A DNA stretch of 64,000 nt, from the NCBI GenBank assembly GCA_963785235.1, contig CAWAUM010000010.1, positions 64,001 through 128,000 on the forward strand. Direction: 5' to 3'. A program made the translations under genes and the position numbers. Below are positions 31,584-41,874 of the stretch, in pieces. Origin of the DNA: an uncultured delta proteobacterium. GTDB taxonomy: Bacteria; Desulfobacterota; Desulfomonilia; UBA1062. The stretch's first letter is position 1; each line of letters starts with the position of its first letter. Below the pieces are notes generated by a model, which saw only the letters and a list, made by a program, of their open reading frames with translations, ran no database searches and had not been told where the DNA came from.

Positions 31584-32819
31584 TCAATAAGCACTGAGCA
31601 TGGTGACAAAATCCACCCATGTCACTGAATAACCCTGATTGCAGGAAAGGGTAGAATACTTCAGAAGATCCCGTGAGATGTTCAATCCCGGCGCAGGCAA
31701 GTAGATTGCCATACCGTGGGACCGGGCAACTGGGCTGTCTGTGTTGGGACAAAAGCTCTGGTCATCAATGACCAGATTATTGAGAATACCATCAAGCGCT
31801 GTGATTGAACTCAGGAGCTGTTCATTCGTAGTCTGCATTTTCAGCTGATCAAGAAAATCTCCCAGATCCCGGTAGATATAGGAATAGTACTCTTCCGTAT
31901 TTCCTATGGCAGTCCGGATATGTTCACCCTCGCTTGCCATAGTATTGATGAGGATGTTCGCAAGTTCATTCACCCCGAGATACACCTTTTCCAGCTCAGA
32001 GGAATTTATTGCCGATTTGGTGAAACTAAAGCCAAGGTCTTTATAGTAATCCTTGCAAGCTGAGGTGATTATACGCGCCAGTTCTTCCCCGTTACTATCA
32101 GGCCGGGAGATCAGTTCACCTAAGATTCCCGTATAAGGATTGCCATAGATAGGGAAGAGAGCCTCAGAAAAGGTGATGTAGTCAGAGAGTCCCTTCAATT
32201 CATATGCAACCTCATACATGCCCATGAGGCAGGCATCAAAATCGATAATGTCTAATTTTACCCCGCTGTCCTTCACTGCCTGGGCAAGATTTGGTAGTGA
32301 CATTATGTAATTATCACCGGCAGAGGTTACATCCTTTATCATCCCCTTGTTCGACCCTTTCCACCCAAGGCCATGGCTCCACAGGATAATTGCATAGTGT
32401 CTGGCAGGGTATTGTGTCGTTGCCCATTCAATGAACTCGGTGAGCGTGGCAGGATCGGTCATGTCGAGGTTTCCCATATCTTCGAGTGTGCTTGTGATCA
32501 CGGTGTTATCGGTGTCCTTTACGATCCTGCCCCTGAGAGTGTTCCTGGGCAGTGACGAGGAGAACTCGGGGCTGAACTCCACCTGCACCACAACCTGGAC
32601 ATCATTGGTGGAGCCGACCTCTTCCATATCGTTGATGTTGCGGAAAGCAGCCTGGGAAATGTCCGAGTCGCCGGCCATGAAGACCATAAGGGTCCATTGC
32701 GACTCCGGGAGGGGGTCACTGTCCGTGACCACAGATCCGCCCCCGCACCCGGCGAGGAATAACAGCGCAACCATGGAGTATCTCAGAAATGCCATGAAAT
32801 GTGGGATTACCTGGTACAT
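31584..32819 (-). CDS. Clostripain-family (peptidase C11) lipoprotein
   Basis: Lipobox FLAGC; WT.MVFMAGD, M.DP.TL..FI.W, catalytic WSHG.GW and FDACLMG. Confidence 0.9.
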   Translation of the reverse strand: MYQVIPHFMAFLRYSMVALLFLAGCGGGSVVTDSDPLPESQWTLMVFMAGDSDISQAAFRNINDMEEVGSTNDVQVVVQVEFSPEFSSSLPRNTLRGRIVKDTDNTVITSTLEDMGNLDMTDPATLTEFIEWATTQYPARHYAIILWSHGLGWKGSNKGMIKDVTSAGDNYIMSLPNLAQAVKDSGVKLDIIDFDACLMGMYEVAYELKGLSDYITFSEALFPIYGNPYTGILGELISRPDSNGEELARIITSACKDYYKDLGFSFTKSAINSSELEKVYLGVNELANILINTMASEGEHIRTAIGNTEEYYSYIYRDLGDFLDQLKMQTTNEQLLSSITALDGILNNLVIDDQSFCPNTDSPVARSHGMAIYLPAPGLNISRDLLKYSTLSCNQGYSVTWVDFVTMLSAY

Positions 32820-33094
32820 GTCGTCTTATAAGATAACACATAATCATCCTCGGGATAAACATTTCCCCCATCAGGCACCTCGGACAATGCAGTGAATGCT
32901 GAAAATAAATAAAAACCGCTTTCTTGACTATGCGTTATATTGACTTACTATTGTTAGTGTGAGATATTTCAATGCAGTATCAACCCAGATTGTATTGCAT
33001 CTTTGGATCTGCACTTCTCAGGGAAGTAGTCTTGCCGCATCTTTAACAGCAGCAAAATACGTAAACGAGTCTTGAGGATAAGCGAGGTATCCAA

Positions 33095-34166
33095 ATGGAC
33101 ATGAAACGCGACTACTTTGAGGATATTGAGCTCTTCAGCAGCGGTACCGTGCTCTTCTGGTCCGGGGTATTCCTGATTTTCCTCTTTACCCTTCCCCTGT
33201 ACATACCTTCTTATAACATCTATCTGTTCAATATCATCATGGTCCACGTTATCCTTGCCGTGGGGTTGAACATCCTGGTGGGATACACCGGCCAGATCTC
33301 TTTAGGCCATGCCGGGTTCTTCGCCATCGGTGCCTACGGTACGGCGCTCCTCATGATGCACCTTCATCTACCCTTCCTTGTGGCGCTGATCCTCGCCGGG
33401 CTCCTCGCCGCCTTCTTCGGCTTCATCATAGGCCTGCCGGCACTGCGGCTGGAAGGGCCGTACCTCGCCATCGCCACGCTTAGGCTTCGGGCTCACCATC
33501 ATGCACATCATCGGCAGGTGGGAGATCTTCGGCGGCCGCATGGGCATCAGCACGCCGCCGTTGGACCTGGGTCTTCCGGGGTCCGCATACAGCCTGGTCA
33601 TCGAGGGTGATGTGAAGATCTACTACCTCATCCTGACCATCACGGTGCTCATGGTTGTCGGCGCCCGCAACCTCATGAAGACGCGCGTCGGCAGGGCCTT
33701 CGTTGCCATACGCGACGACGACATCGCTGCCGAGGTCATGGGCGTGAACCTCACCATCTTCAAGACCATGTCCTTTGCGGTGAGCGCCTTCTATGCAGGC
33801 GTGGCAGGCGGCCTGTACGGCTTTGTGGTAAGCTTTTTCGATCCCTTCACCTTCAATCTCATCCTGTCCATCATCTTCCTGGTCATGGTAGTGGTGGGCG
33901 GGCTCGGATCGATCCTGGGCGCCGTCATGGGGGCCGCGCTTATCACCTACCTGCAGTACGATCTTTTGAAAAACGTGGAAGAGCTGCCTTACCTGGGCAA
34001 TCTCCTCGTCCTCATATCCAAGAAGTGGTTCACCGTGATCGGACTTGCAAATTTCGGCAGTATAGCGATGGGTCTCATCATGCTCGGCATCGTGATCTTC
34101 GAGCCGCTCGGCATGTTCGGGATCTGGATCAGGATCAAGAAGTACTGGAAGACCTGGCCCTTTTAG
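33095..34166 (+). CDS. Liv-type ABC permease (LivM-like); indel near 33480
   Basis: GLNILVGYTGQISLGHAGF, LRLEGPYLAIATL; then GRAFVAIRDD, VVGGLGS. Confidence 0.9.
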
Positions 34167-34188
34167 GCCAAGAGGGGATGGATCTGAT

Positions 34189-35061
34189 ATGATCGAGCAG
34201 CTCATCATCGAAGGACTGGCCATCGGGGCATGCTACGGACTGTTCGGCGTTGCCGTGGCCATCATCTACAAGACCTCCGAGGTAGTGAACTTCGCCCAGG
34301 GCGAGATGGGCATGATAGCCACCTTCGTGGCATTTCATGTCCTCACCCTATACCATCTCCCCTTCTGGCTCGCCTTCATCATCACCATGGTCTTTGCCAT
34401 GCTGCTCGGCATGCTCATCGAGATCTGCTTCCTGCGGCCGGCCAAGGATCCCACCGTGCTGGGCCTCATCATCATTACTCTCGGTGTGGAGATGCTGCTC
34501 ATGGGCATGGCCGGCTGGAAGTGGGGGGCAGAGCAGAAGGACTTCCCCTTCCTGCTCTCGGTGCAGAAGTCCCATGAGATCATCCCCGGACTCTCCTTGA
34601 ACGAATGGTCCATCGGAGTCTTCGTTCTTACGGCGGTGATCATGGTGCTCCTGTTCCTCTTCTTCAGGTATTCAAGGTTGGGCATCGCCATGCGGGCGAC
34701 CCAGCAGAATGTAAACGCAGCAAAGATCATGGGCATCAAGGTGGAGCGGGTGTTTTCCATTACATGGGCCATGAGCTCTACCATCGGCGCCATAGCGGCC
34801 ATGTTCTTTGCTGCTCGGTCCGTACTCGATCCGAACTTCATGATGGAACCCTTCATGCGGGCCTTTGCCGCTGCCGTGCTGGGAGGGCTCACGAGCATCC
34901 CGGGCGTGGTGGTGGGGGGCCTCCTGCTGGGGATCATTGAAAACTTCTTCGGCTATGCCTGGCCCGAGTGGAAACCCATCGTGGCCTTTGTGGTGATTAT
35001 CATCATCATTACGGTCAGGCCGAGCGGACTCTTTGCAAAACATTACATCAAGAAGGTGTAG
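34189..35061 (+). CDS. Liv-type ABC permease (LivH-like)
   Basis: VVNFAQGE, LGIAMRA..QN..AA.IMGI, AAVLGG. Confidence 0.92.
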   Translation: MIEQLIIEGLAIGACYGLFGVAVAIIYKTSEVVNFAQGEMGMIATFVAFHVLTLYHLPFWLAFIITMVFAMLLGMLIEICFLRPAKDPTVLGLIIITLGVEMLLMGMAGWKWGAEQKDFPFLLSVQKSHEIIPGLSLNEWSIGVFVLTAVIMVLLFLFFRYSRLGIAMRATQQNVNAAKIMGIKVERVFSITWAMSSTIGAIAAMFFAARSVLDPNFMMEPFMRAFAAAVLGGLTSIPGVVVGGLLLGIIENFFGYAWPEWKPIVAFVVIIIIITVRPSGLFAKHYIKKV

Positions 35062-35079
35062 GGACAGGACAGACAAAAG

Positions 35080-35532
35080 ATGAAAAAGACCATACTGATC
35101 ACAGCAGCGGTTATAGTCGCAGCCGGCATTGCAGCCCTTGCCCTGTGGGACGGGCCGAGGTACCGGCTCGAGCTGGCCCTCGAAAGGGATAATATCGAAC
35201 AGGTTGCGCGGGCGTACTTCAAGGCCGAGATGGCACGGGACTACAAAAAACTTTATGCATACCTGGCGCCTTCTTCCACCTACCGACGCACGCATACCTA
35301 CGAGCAGTTCCTCAAGGATGTGTCAGGCTCGCCGGTGGGCATCAGGACCTATCACATCGTGGACATCTACCGGCTCCGGGGCAACCACGACCCGGCCACC
35401 TACCCTGCGGTCAAACGCTTCGTCCAGGTGGAGGTGGATGTGGATGTGGGCTTTGCCGACACCGGCACCACGAGCACGTGTAACTACTGCTTCACCTTTC
35501 TGAAAGAGGGAGACCGCTGGTACAAAGGATAG
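35080..35532 (+). CDS. Membrane-anchored or periplasmic NTF2-like hypothetical protein
   Basis: N-terminal hydrophobic helix; YFKA...RDYKKLYAYL, C-terminal FLKEGDRWY; CNYC motif. Confidence 0.65.
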   Translation: MKKTILITAAVIVAAGIAALALWDGPRYRLELALERDNIEQVARAYFKAEMARDYKKLYAYLAPSSTYRRTHTYEQFLKDVSGSPVGIRTYHIVDIYRLRGNHDPATYPAVKRFVQVEVDVDVGFADTGTTSTCNYCFTFLKEGDRWYKG

Positions 35533-35607
35533 GGGTATTCTAAAATGAAAGAGGCCGCCGGAAAATAGGATCCGGTCAGAAAACAACAGAGAGCAAAAGG
35601 AGGTTCC

Positions 35608-36796
35608 ATGAGAAAAATGTTGTCTGGTATATTCATAATCTGTGTCGTTTTCCTGCTGGCAGGCTCTGCTGATGCAGCCAGACCCGGGTTCGACGCCAAG
35701 GAGATCCGCATCGCCCAGTGGGGTCCTCAGACCGGGCCGGCTGCGCCGTGGGGGTCGGTGGCCAGGGGAAGCGACCTGATATTCAAGATGGTCAATGATG
35801 AAGGAGGCATCCACGGCCGGAAGATCAAGTACTTCATCCGTGACGACCAGTACAACCCGGCCCAGACCAAGGGGGTAGTCAAGGAACTCGTGGAGCGCGA
35901 GGGCATCTTCGCCTTTGTGGGCGGTGTGGGTGCGGCCTGTGGCATGGCAGTAAAAGACTATCTGGCCCAGAACAAGGTCATCTGGGTAGGGCCGTCCACG
36001 GCCATCGAGCGAATATGTGTTCCCGGTGAATCCGTACCTCTTTGCCGTGTACCCTCTCTATGACGACGAGGCAAGCATCCTCACCAAGTATGTGGTGGAA
36101 AAGATGAAGGCCACGAAGATTGCTTTCTTCTACCAGAACGACGCCTATGGCAAGACCGGGCTCGACGGGTGCAAGACCCGCATGGATGCCCTGAAGATGA
36201 AGCTTGTGGAGGAGATCTCGGTTGAGCCGGGAGAGAAGGACCTCTCGTCCCAGATGCTCAGGCTCAAGAACTCCGGCGCCGAGGTGGTCATCTGTGGGTG
36301 AATCCCACCAGCGCCGTCATTGCGCTCAAGACCTGTCAGACCATCGGATACAAGCCCAAATGGGTATCTTCCAACACCCTGTCCGACTTCCCACTTATGC
36401 AGAAGATCAGCGGCGGCCTCTGGGAGGGTGTCATCACCGGCGGCTTCGGCATACCGCCCGACCTCCGATGACACGCGCATCGTCAAATACCGTGAGGCTG
36501 CCAAAAAGTATGCTCCCGAGGAACGCTTCGGCACCTTCTACCTGGCGGGCGTCCTGTGGGCCGAACCGCTCATCGAGGCACTCAAGAAGACCGGGCCCAA
36601 GCTGAGCACCGAGGCCTGCCTGAAGCAGCTCAACTCCATAAAGAATTTCCAGGGCATCGGACCCAAGATCACATGGTCGCCCCAGGTGCATCAGGGGTCC
36701 GACTCGGTCTTTATCCAGCAGTGCGGACCGAACTCCAGCTATATCATCCTCCAGGACTGGATGGTCAACGACCTGGCCAAGTGGAAGAAGAAATAA
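35608..36796 (+). CDS. ABC substrate-binding protein 1 (LivJ/K fold); about 3 apparent indels
   Basis: Fragments align co-linearly with the intact paralog at 36888-38084. Confidence 0.88.
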
Positions 36797-36806
36797 CATG
36801 GAACTT

Positions 36807-36826
36807 GGGGGCGGAAACCCCGCCCC
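36807..36826 (+). other. Intra-operon GC-rich stem-loop after SBP1
   Basis: GGGGGCGG-AAACC-CCGCCCC. Confidence 0.5.
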
Positions 36827-36887
36827 TTCTTGATAACTGACAGGAAACACACACCCGGGTCTGATATCCCGGGATTTAAAGGAGGAT

Positions 36888-38084
36888 ATGATGATCAAGA
36901 GGCACATGTTTATTACCGGAATATGCTTTCTTATCATGCTTCTCCTGCCTGTAACGGGAAGCGCAGCACGACCAGGTTTTGACGACAAGGAGATCAGGAT
37001 CGGGCAGTGGGGACCTCAGACAGGTCCTGCAGCACCATGGGGATCCGTGGCCAGGGGCAGCGGCCTGCTGTTCAATGTGATCAACGAGCAGGGCGGCATA
37101 CACGGCAGGAAGATCAAGTACTTCATCCGGGATGACCAGTACAACCCGGCCCAGACCAAGGGCGTGGTCAAGGAACTCGTGGAGCGTGAAGGCGTCTTCG
37201 CCTTCGTGGGAGGCGTGGGAGGTGCCTGCGGCCTGGCGGTCATGGACTATCTCAATGAAAAAAAGGTTATCTGGGTTGGTCCGTCGGCTGCCATTACCGA
37301 ATTCGTCTTCCCGGTGAAGCCTTACGTGTTTGCCGTGTATCCGCTGTATGAAGACGAGGGGAGCATCCTTGCAAAATACGTTGTTGAAAAGCTCAAGGCC
37401 AAGAAGATAGGGTTCTTCTACCAGAACGATGCCTATGGCAAGGATGGGCTTGACGGTGCCAAGAAGAGGCTCGCTACATACAAGATGAGCTTCGTGGAGG
37501 AAATCCCCGTGGAGCCCGGCGAGAAAGACCTCTCCTCCCAGATGCTGAAGTTCAAAAACTCCGGTGCGGAAGTGGTCATGATGTTTGTCAACCCAACGGT
37601 GGCCACAATTGCCCTGAAGACCTGCGCCACCGTCGACTTCAAGCCCCAGTGGGTATCCTCCAACACCCTGTCGGACTACGGGCTCATGCTCAAGATCACG
37701 GGCGGTCTCTGGGAGGGTGTCATCACCGGCGCCTTCGGCATGACGCCCACAGCTGACCACCCCCTCATGAACATGTATCGTGAGGCGGGAAAGAAGTATT
37801 CACCTGAAGAGCGGTGGGGTACTTTCTATCTCGCAGGCATCGTCTTTGCCGACCCCCTTGTGGAGGCACTCAAGCGCGTTGGACCGAAGCTGAGTACGGA
37901 GGCCTGTGTGAAGGCGCTGAACTCCATCAAGGACTATCAGACCATCGGTCCCAAGGTCAACTGGTCGCCGCAGATCCACCAGGGCACAGACTCCGTCCAG
38001 ATCCAGAAATGCGGACCGGGCGGTTCGTACATCCTGCTCCAGGACTGGACGCCCAACGACCTGGCAACGTGGAAAAAAAAGTAG
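36888..38084 (+). CDS. ABC substrate-binding protein 2 (LivJ/K fold)
   Basis: Signal peptide; PQTGPAA, INEQGGIHGRKI, DDQYNP, YQNDAYG. Confidence 0.93.
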   Translation: MMIKRHMFITGICFLIMLLLPVTGSAARPGFDDKEIRIGQWGPQTGPAAPWGSVARGSGLLFNVINEQGGIHGRKIKYFIRDDQYNPAQTKGVVKELVEREGVFAFVGGVGGACGLAVMDYLNEKKVIWVGPSAAITEFVFPVKPYVFAVYPLYEDEGSILAKYVVEKLKAKKIGFFYQNDAYGKDGLDGAKKRLATYKMSFVEEIPVEPGEKDLSSQMLKFKNSGAEVVMMFVNPTVATIALKTCATVDFKPQWVSSNTLSDYGLMLKITGGLWEGVITGAFGMTPTADHPLMNMYREAGKKYSPEERWGTFYLAGIVFADPLVEALKRVGPKLSTEACVKALNSIKDYQTIGPKVNWSPQIHQGTDSVQIQKCGPGGSYILLQDWTPNDLATWKKK

Positions 38085-38092
38085 CGTGAACA

Positions 38093-38120
38093 GCAGGGGC
38101 GGGAAGAATTCCGCCCCTGC
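38093..38120 (+). other. Intra-operon stem-loop after SBP2
   Basis: GCAGGGGCGG...CCGCCCCTGC. Confidence 0.55.
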
Positions 38121-38193
38121 AGACACCCTCTTAGAAGGAACCGGCCGGGAGCAGGTACATATCGTCCCGGACACGAGGAAAAGGTGCTTGAAC

Positions 38194-38967
38194 ATGACGC
38201 ACTTCAAGGTAGAGAATCTGGGCATCAGTTTCGGCGGTATCAGGGCCGTGGACTCTGCGAGCTTCGAGGTGGAAAAGAACTCCATCTTCTCCATCATCGG
38301 GCCCAACGGCAGTGGGAAGACCACCATTTTCAACATGATCAGCGGGATCTACAAGCCCGACTCCGGACACGTCATCCTTGATGATGAAGACATGGTAGGG
38401 CACAGACCCGACAAGATAGCCCGCAGGGGCATCGCCAGGACCTTCCAGAACATCCAGCTCTTCGGCAATGCATCCGTTATGGACAACATCATGCTGGGCA
38501 GACACATCCATATGAAAACAGGTATCATAAGCGGGGCCTTCATGTGGGGCAGGCACTCCAGAACCGCCAAAGAGGAAGTGAAGAACCGGGAGATCGTGGA
38601 GCGTATCATCGATTTCCTTGAGCTCCAGTCCGTACGGAACCAGTTCGTAAACGCCCTGCCCTACGGCAAGCGAAAGCTCATAGAGCTGGGCCGCGCACTG
38701 GCGCTGGAGCCCAAGGTGCTGCTCCTGGATGAGCCTTCTGCAGGCATGAACACCGAGGAGAAAGACGATCTTAGAATCTGGATCAAGGACATCCAGGAGG
38801 ATTACCAGGTGACCATCCTGCTCATCGAGCATGACATGAACATGGTCATGGGGATCTCGGATCGGATCCTGGCCATCAGCCAAGGGGTAAAGATCACCGA
38901 GGGCATCCCCTCCGAAGTCCAGAAGCACCCGGACGTCATTGCAGCCTACCTGGGCGAGGAGGAATGA
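38194..38967 (+). CDS. ABC ATPase (LivG-like)
   Basis: GPNGSGKT, ARTFQ, LPYG, LLLDEP, IEHDM, AYLG. Confidence 0.94.
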   Translation: MTHFKVENLGISFGGIRAVDSASFEVEKNSIFSIIGPNGSGKTTIFNMISGIYKPDSGHVILDDEDMVGHRPDKIARRGIARTFQNIQLFGNASVMDNIMLGRHIHMKTGIISGAFMWGRHSRTAKEEVKNREIVERIIDFLELQSVRNQFVNALPYGKRKLIELGRALALEPKVLLLDEPSAGMNTEEKDDLRIWIKDIQEDYQVTILLIEHDMNMVMGISDRILAISQGVKITEGIPSEVQKHPDVIAAYLGEEE

Positions 38968-39737
38968 TGCTCGCGGTCAAGAACATCGAGACATGGTACG
39001 ACCTGATTCGGGCCCTTCACGGCATCTCCTTCGAGATCCAGCAGGGCTCTATCGTAGCCCTTCTGGGCAGCAACGGCGCGGGAAAGAGCACAACACTGAA
39101 AACCATTATGCGCCTCTTAGACGACGACCAGCCGGAAAAAGGCTCCATCGAGTTCATGGGCAAACGCATCGACCGCATGGACACCGAGGAGATCGTGCGC
39201 CTGGGCATCAGCTATGTCCCCGAGGGACGCGAGGTGTTCCCGGAGCTCACGGTCATGGAGAACATCCTTATGGGTGCCTATACCCGTAAAGACCGCAGGG
39301 GCGTCTCAGAAGACATCGATGCCATGCTCAAGCTGTTCCCTATCCTGAGCCAGCGCAGGAACCAGCAGGCAGGCCACCTGAGTGGCGGCGAACAGCAGAT
39401 GCTCGCCATCGCCCGAGCGCTCATGAGCCGCCCCAAGCTCCTCATGCTCGACGAGCCTTCGCTGGGGCTGTCCCCCCTGCTCACCAAGGAGATCTTCACC
39501 ATTATCCAGAACATCAACAAGCAGGGCGTTACGATCTTGCTCGTGGAGCAGAACGTGAACATGGCGCTGAAGTATTCGACCTTCGCCTTCCTCATGGAGA
39601 ACGGACGCATTGTTCGAGCAGACAAGCCGGAGGTGCTCAGGGAGGATGAGGACGTGAAAGAGTTCTATCTGGGCATTGCCACCGATCAGTCGGTGAAGGG
39701 TTACAAGCGATACCGCAGGAAGGTGAGGTTCAGGTAG
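38964..39737 (+). CDS. ABC ATPase (LivF-like)
   Basis: GSNGAGKS, VPEGR, LSGGEQQM, LDEPSLGL, VEQN. Confidence 0.94.
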   Translation: MMLAVKNIETWYDLIRALHGISFEIQQGSIVALLGSNGAGKSTTLKTIMRLLDDDQPEKGSIEFMGKRIDRMDTEEIVRLGISYVPEGREVFPELTVMENILMGAYTRKDRRGVSEDIDAMLKLFPILSQRRNQQAGHLSGGEQQMLAIARALMSRPKLLMLDEPSLGLSPLLTKEIFTIIQNINKQGVTILLVEQNVNMALKYSTFAFLMENGRIVRADKPEVLREDEDVKEFYLGIATDQSVKGYKRYRRKVRFR

Positions 39738-39770
39738 ATCAAGAGCAGCAGAGTGCGTGAGGAGCTGAAC

Positions 39771-41582
39771 ATGAATGAGATCAGAACCCTGCCCCAGGCC
39801 TTGAGGGATATCGTGAAGCGTCAGCCCGGCCGCATCGCCATGCGGATGAAGGACTATGGCATCTGGCACGACATCACCTGGGAGCAATACTACGCCAACG
39901 TGAAGAAGGTGGCCATGGGCCTGCACGCCCTGGGCGTGAAGCGGGGCGACCACGTGGCCATCGTGGGCGAGAACAAGCCCGAGTGGCTCTTCTCGGCCCT
40001 TGGGGTCATGTCCCTGGGAGCCACCTTCGTTGGGGTCTATACCACCAATCCCACCGCTGAATGCGAGTATGTTGTCGGACATTCCGAATCCGTGGTCTTC
40101 TTCTGCGAAGACGAAGAGCAGTTCGACAAGGCGCTTGAGTGCCGTCCCAGAACGCCCAAGCTCCGCAAGGCGGTTGTGTGGGACATGGAAGGGCTCAGGC
40201 ACTTCAAAGACCCCATGCTCATGAGCTTTGACGATCTGTTAGAGCTGGGCGCCATGACGGATAAGGAAAACCCCGACCTGTTCGAGCTCTTAATAGACGA
40301 TGGCGATACCAAGGAGATCGCCTCAATCATATACACCTCGGGTACCACCGGCCCGCCAAAAGGTGCCATGATAGCCCACGAAAACTACTTATGGATAGCA
40401 CAGGCGAACGTGAAGATCACCAGGATGAGCGTGGATGACGAGACCATCTCGTTCCTTCCTCTGAACCACGTATACGAACAGATCTTTGACCTCATGATGC
40501 ACCTGAATGTCGGCCACATCGTGAACTTCACCGAGAACACGGACACGGTCATGAACGACCTCAGGGACGTCTCCCCCACTTTGTTCCACGCCGTGCCCAG
40601 GATCTGGGAGAAATACCACTCCAGCATCGTGCTCAAGATGGCCGATGCAACCTGGCTGAAAAGGAGCGTTTTTTATATCGCCTTCAAGACAGGCTCTGCC
40701 TACAATGCCTACAAGCTCGCCAAGAAACCGGTCCCCTTTTACCTGAACATTGCCTATGGCCTGGCCTACTTCTGCGTGTTCTGGAAACTGAAAGAGCGCC
40801 TGGGCTTTGACCGGGTGCGCCTGGGCTTTTCCGGTGCGGCGCCCATCTCGCACGAGATCCTCAAGTTCTTCCAGTCCATCGGTATCCCCATCCGCGAGGG
40901 CTACGGTCTCACCGAGACAACAGGCATCACCCACATCTCCGATGAGGAGCATTTCAAGCTGGGTACCGTTGGCAGGGCACTGCCGGGCTCCGAGGTGATG
41001 ATAGCGGATGACGGAGAGATACTCATCCGCCACGGCGGGGTGTTCAAGGGCTACTTCAAGGATGAGGAGACCACTGCCATGGCCCTGGAAGGCGGCTGGT
41101 TCCACACGGGTGACGTGGGTGTGATCGATTCGGAAGGCTACCTCAAGATCACGGACCGCAAGAAGGACCTCATCATCACTGCGGGAGGCAAGAACGTGGC
41201 GCCCCAGTATATCGAAAACCTGCTCAAGTTCTCGCCCTACATCAACGACGCCGTGGTCATCGGCGACCGGCGCAAGTTCATCAGCGCGCTCATCGTCATC
41301 GACGAGGAGAACGTGGTGAAATATGCCCAGGACCACAAGGTGCAGTACACCACCTTTGCCAGCCTCACCAGGACCGAGGAGGTGTTGAAGCTCATCGAGG
41401 ACGAGATAACCAAGGTGAACAAGCAGATCGCCCGGGTGGAGAACATCCGCAAATTCCGGCTGCTGGACAAGAAGCTCTACACTGAGGACGGCGAGGTGAC
41501 GCCGACCATGAAGGTCAAACGTGCGTCGATTGCCAAGCAGTACAAGGACGTCATCGAGGAGATGTACCGGGATGGAGAATAA
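39771..41582 (+). CDS. Long-chain fatty acid--CoA ligase
   Basis: YTSGTTGPPKG, LPLNH, VPRIWEK, EGYGLTE, TGDVG, DRKKDLIITAGGKN, TPTMK. Confidence 0.93.
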   Translation: MNEIRTLPQALRDIVKRQPGRIAMRMKDYGIWHDITWEQYYANVKKVAMGLHALGVKRGDHVAIVGENKPEWLFSALGVMSLGATFVGVYTTNPTAECEYVVGHSESVVFFCEDEEQFDKALECRPRTPKLRKAVVWDMEGLRHFKDPMLMSFDDLLELGAMTDKENPDLFELLIDDGDTKEIASIIYTSGTTGPPKGAMIAHENYLWIAQANVKITRMSVDDETISFLPLNHVYEQIFDLMMHLNVGHIVNFTENTDTVMNDLRDVSPTLFHAVPRIWEKYHSSIVLKMADATWLKRSVFYIAFKTGSAYNAYKLAKKPVPFYLNIAYGLAYFCVFWKLKERLGFDRVRLGFSGAAPISHEILKFFQSIGIPIREGYGLTETTGITHISDEEHFKLGTVGRALPGSEVMIADDGEILIRHGGVFKGYFKDEETTAMALEGGWFHTGDVGVIDSEGYLKITDRKKDLIITAGGKNVAPQYIENLLKFSPYINDAVVIGDRRKFISALIVIDEENVVKYAQDHKVQYTTFASLTRTEEVLKLIEDEITKVNKQIARVENIRKFRLLDKKLYTEDGEVTPTMKVKRASIAKQYKDVIEEMYRDGE

Positions 41583-41874
41583 GTGAATCGGGTTAAAAAC
41601 TGTAATCCCCTTCCGTTTCGTGGAAAGTTTTTTCTCATATTTTCAGCATGTTCTCTGTATTGTAACTGATAACCTATTGATTATTCTCATAGCCGGTTAT
41701 TGCATACTTATTGCTTAAAGGTTATTCACAAGACTGTATGGCATAGTTCACAAAAAACAGGGGATGCCATAAATTCATGTCCTCGCACACGGTGTTTGTA
41801 TACAATGATAAGGAGCTGATAATTAGTCTTTCAATGTACTCCCTGCAATGCATCTGGAGGAAGGGGAAACGTTC

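Noticed and set aside
41700-41716. Sigma-54 promoter before the RCC1 gene
   Set aside because: TTGCAT-N5-TTGCT lacks the invariant GG at -24.
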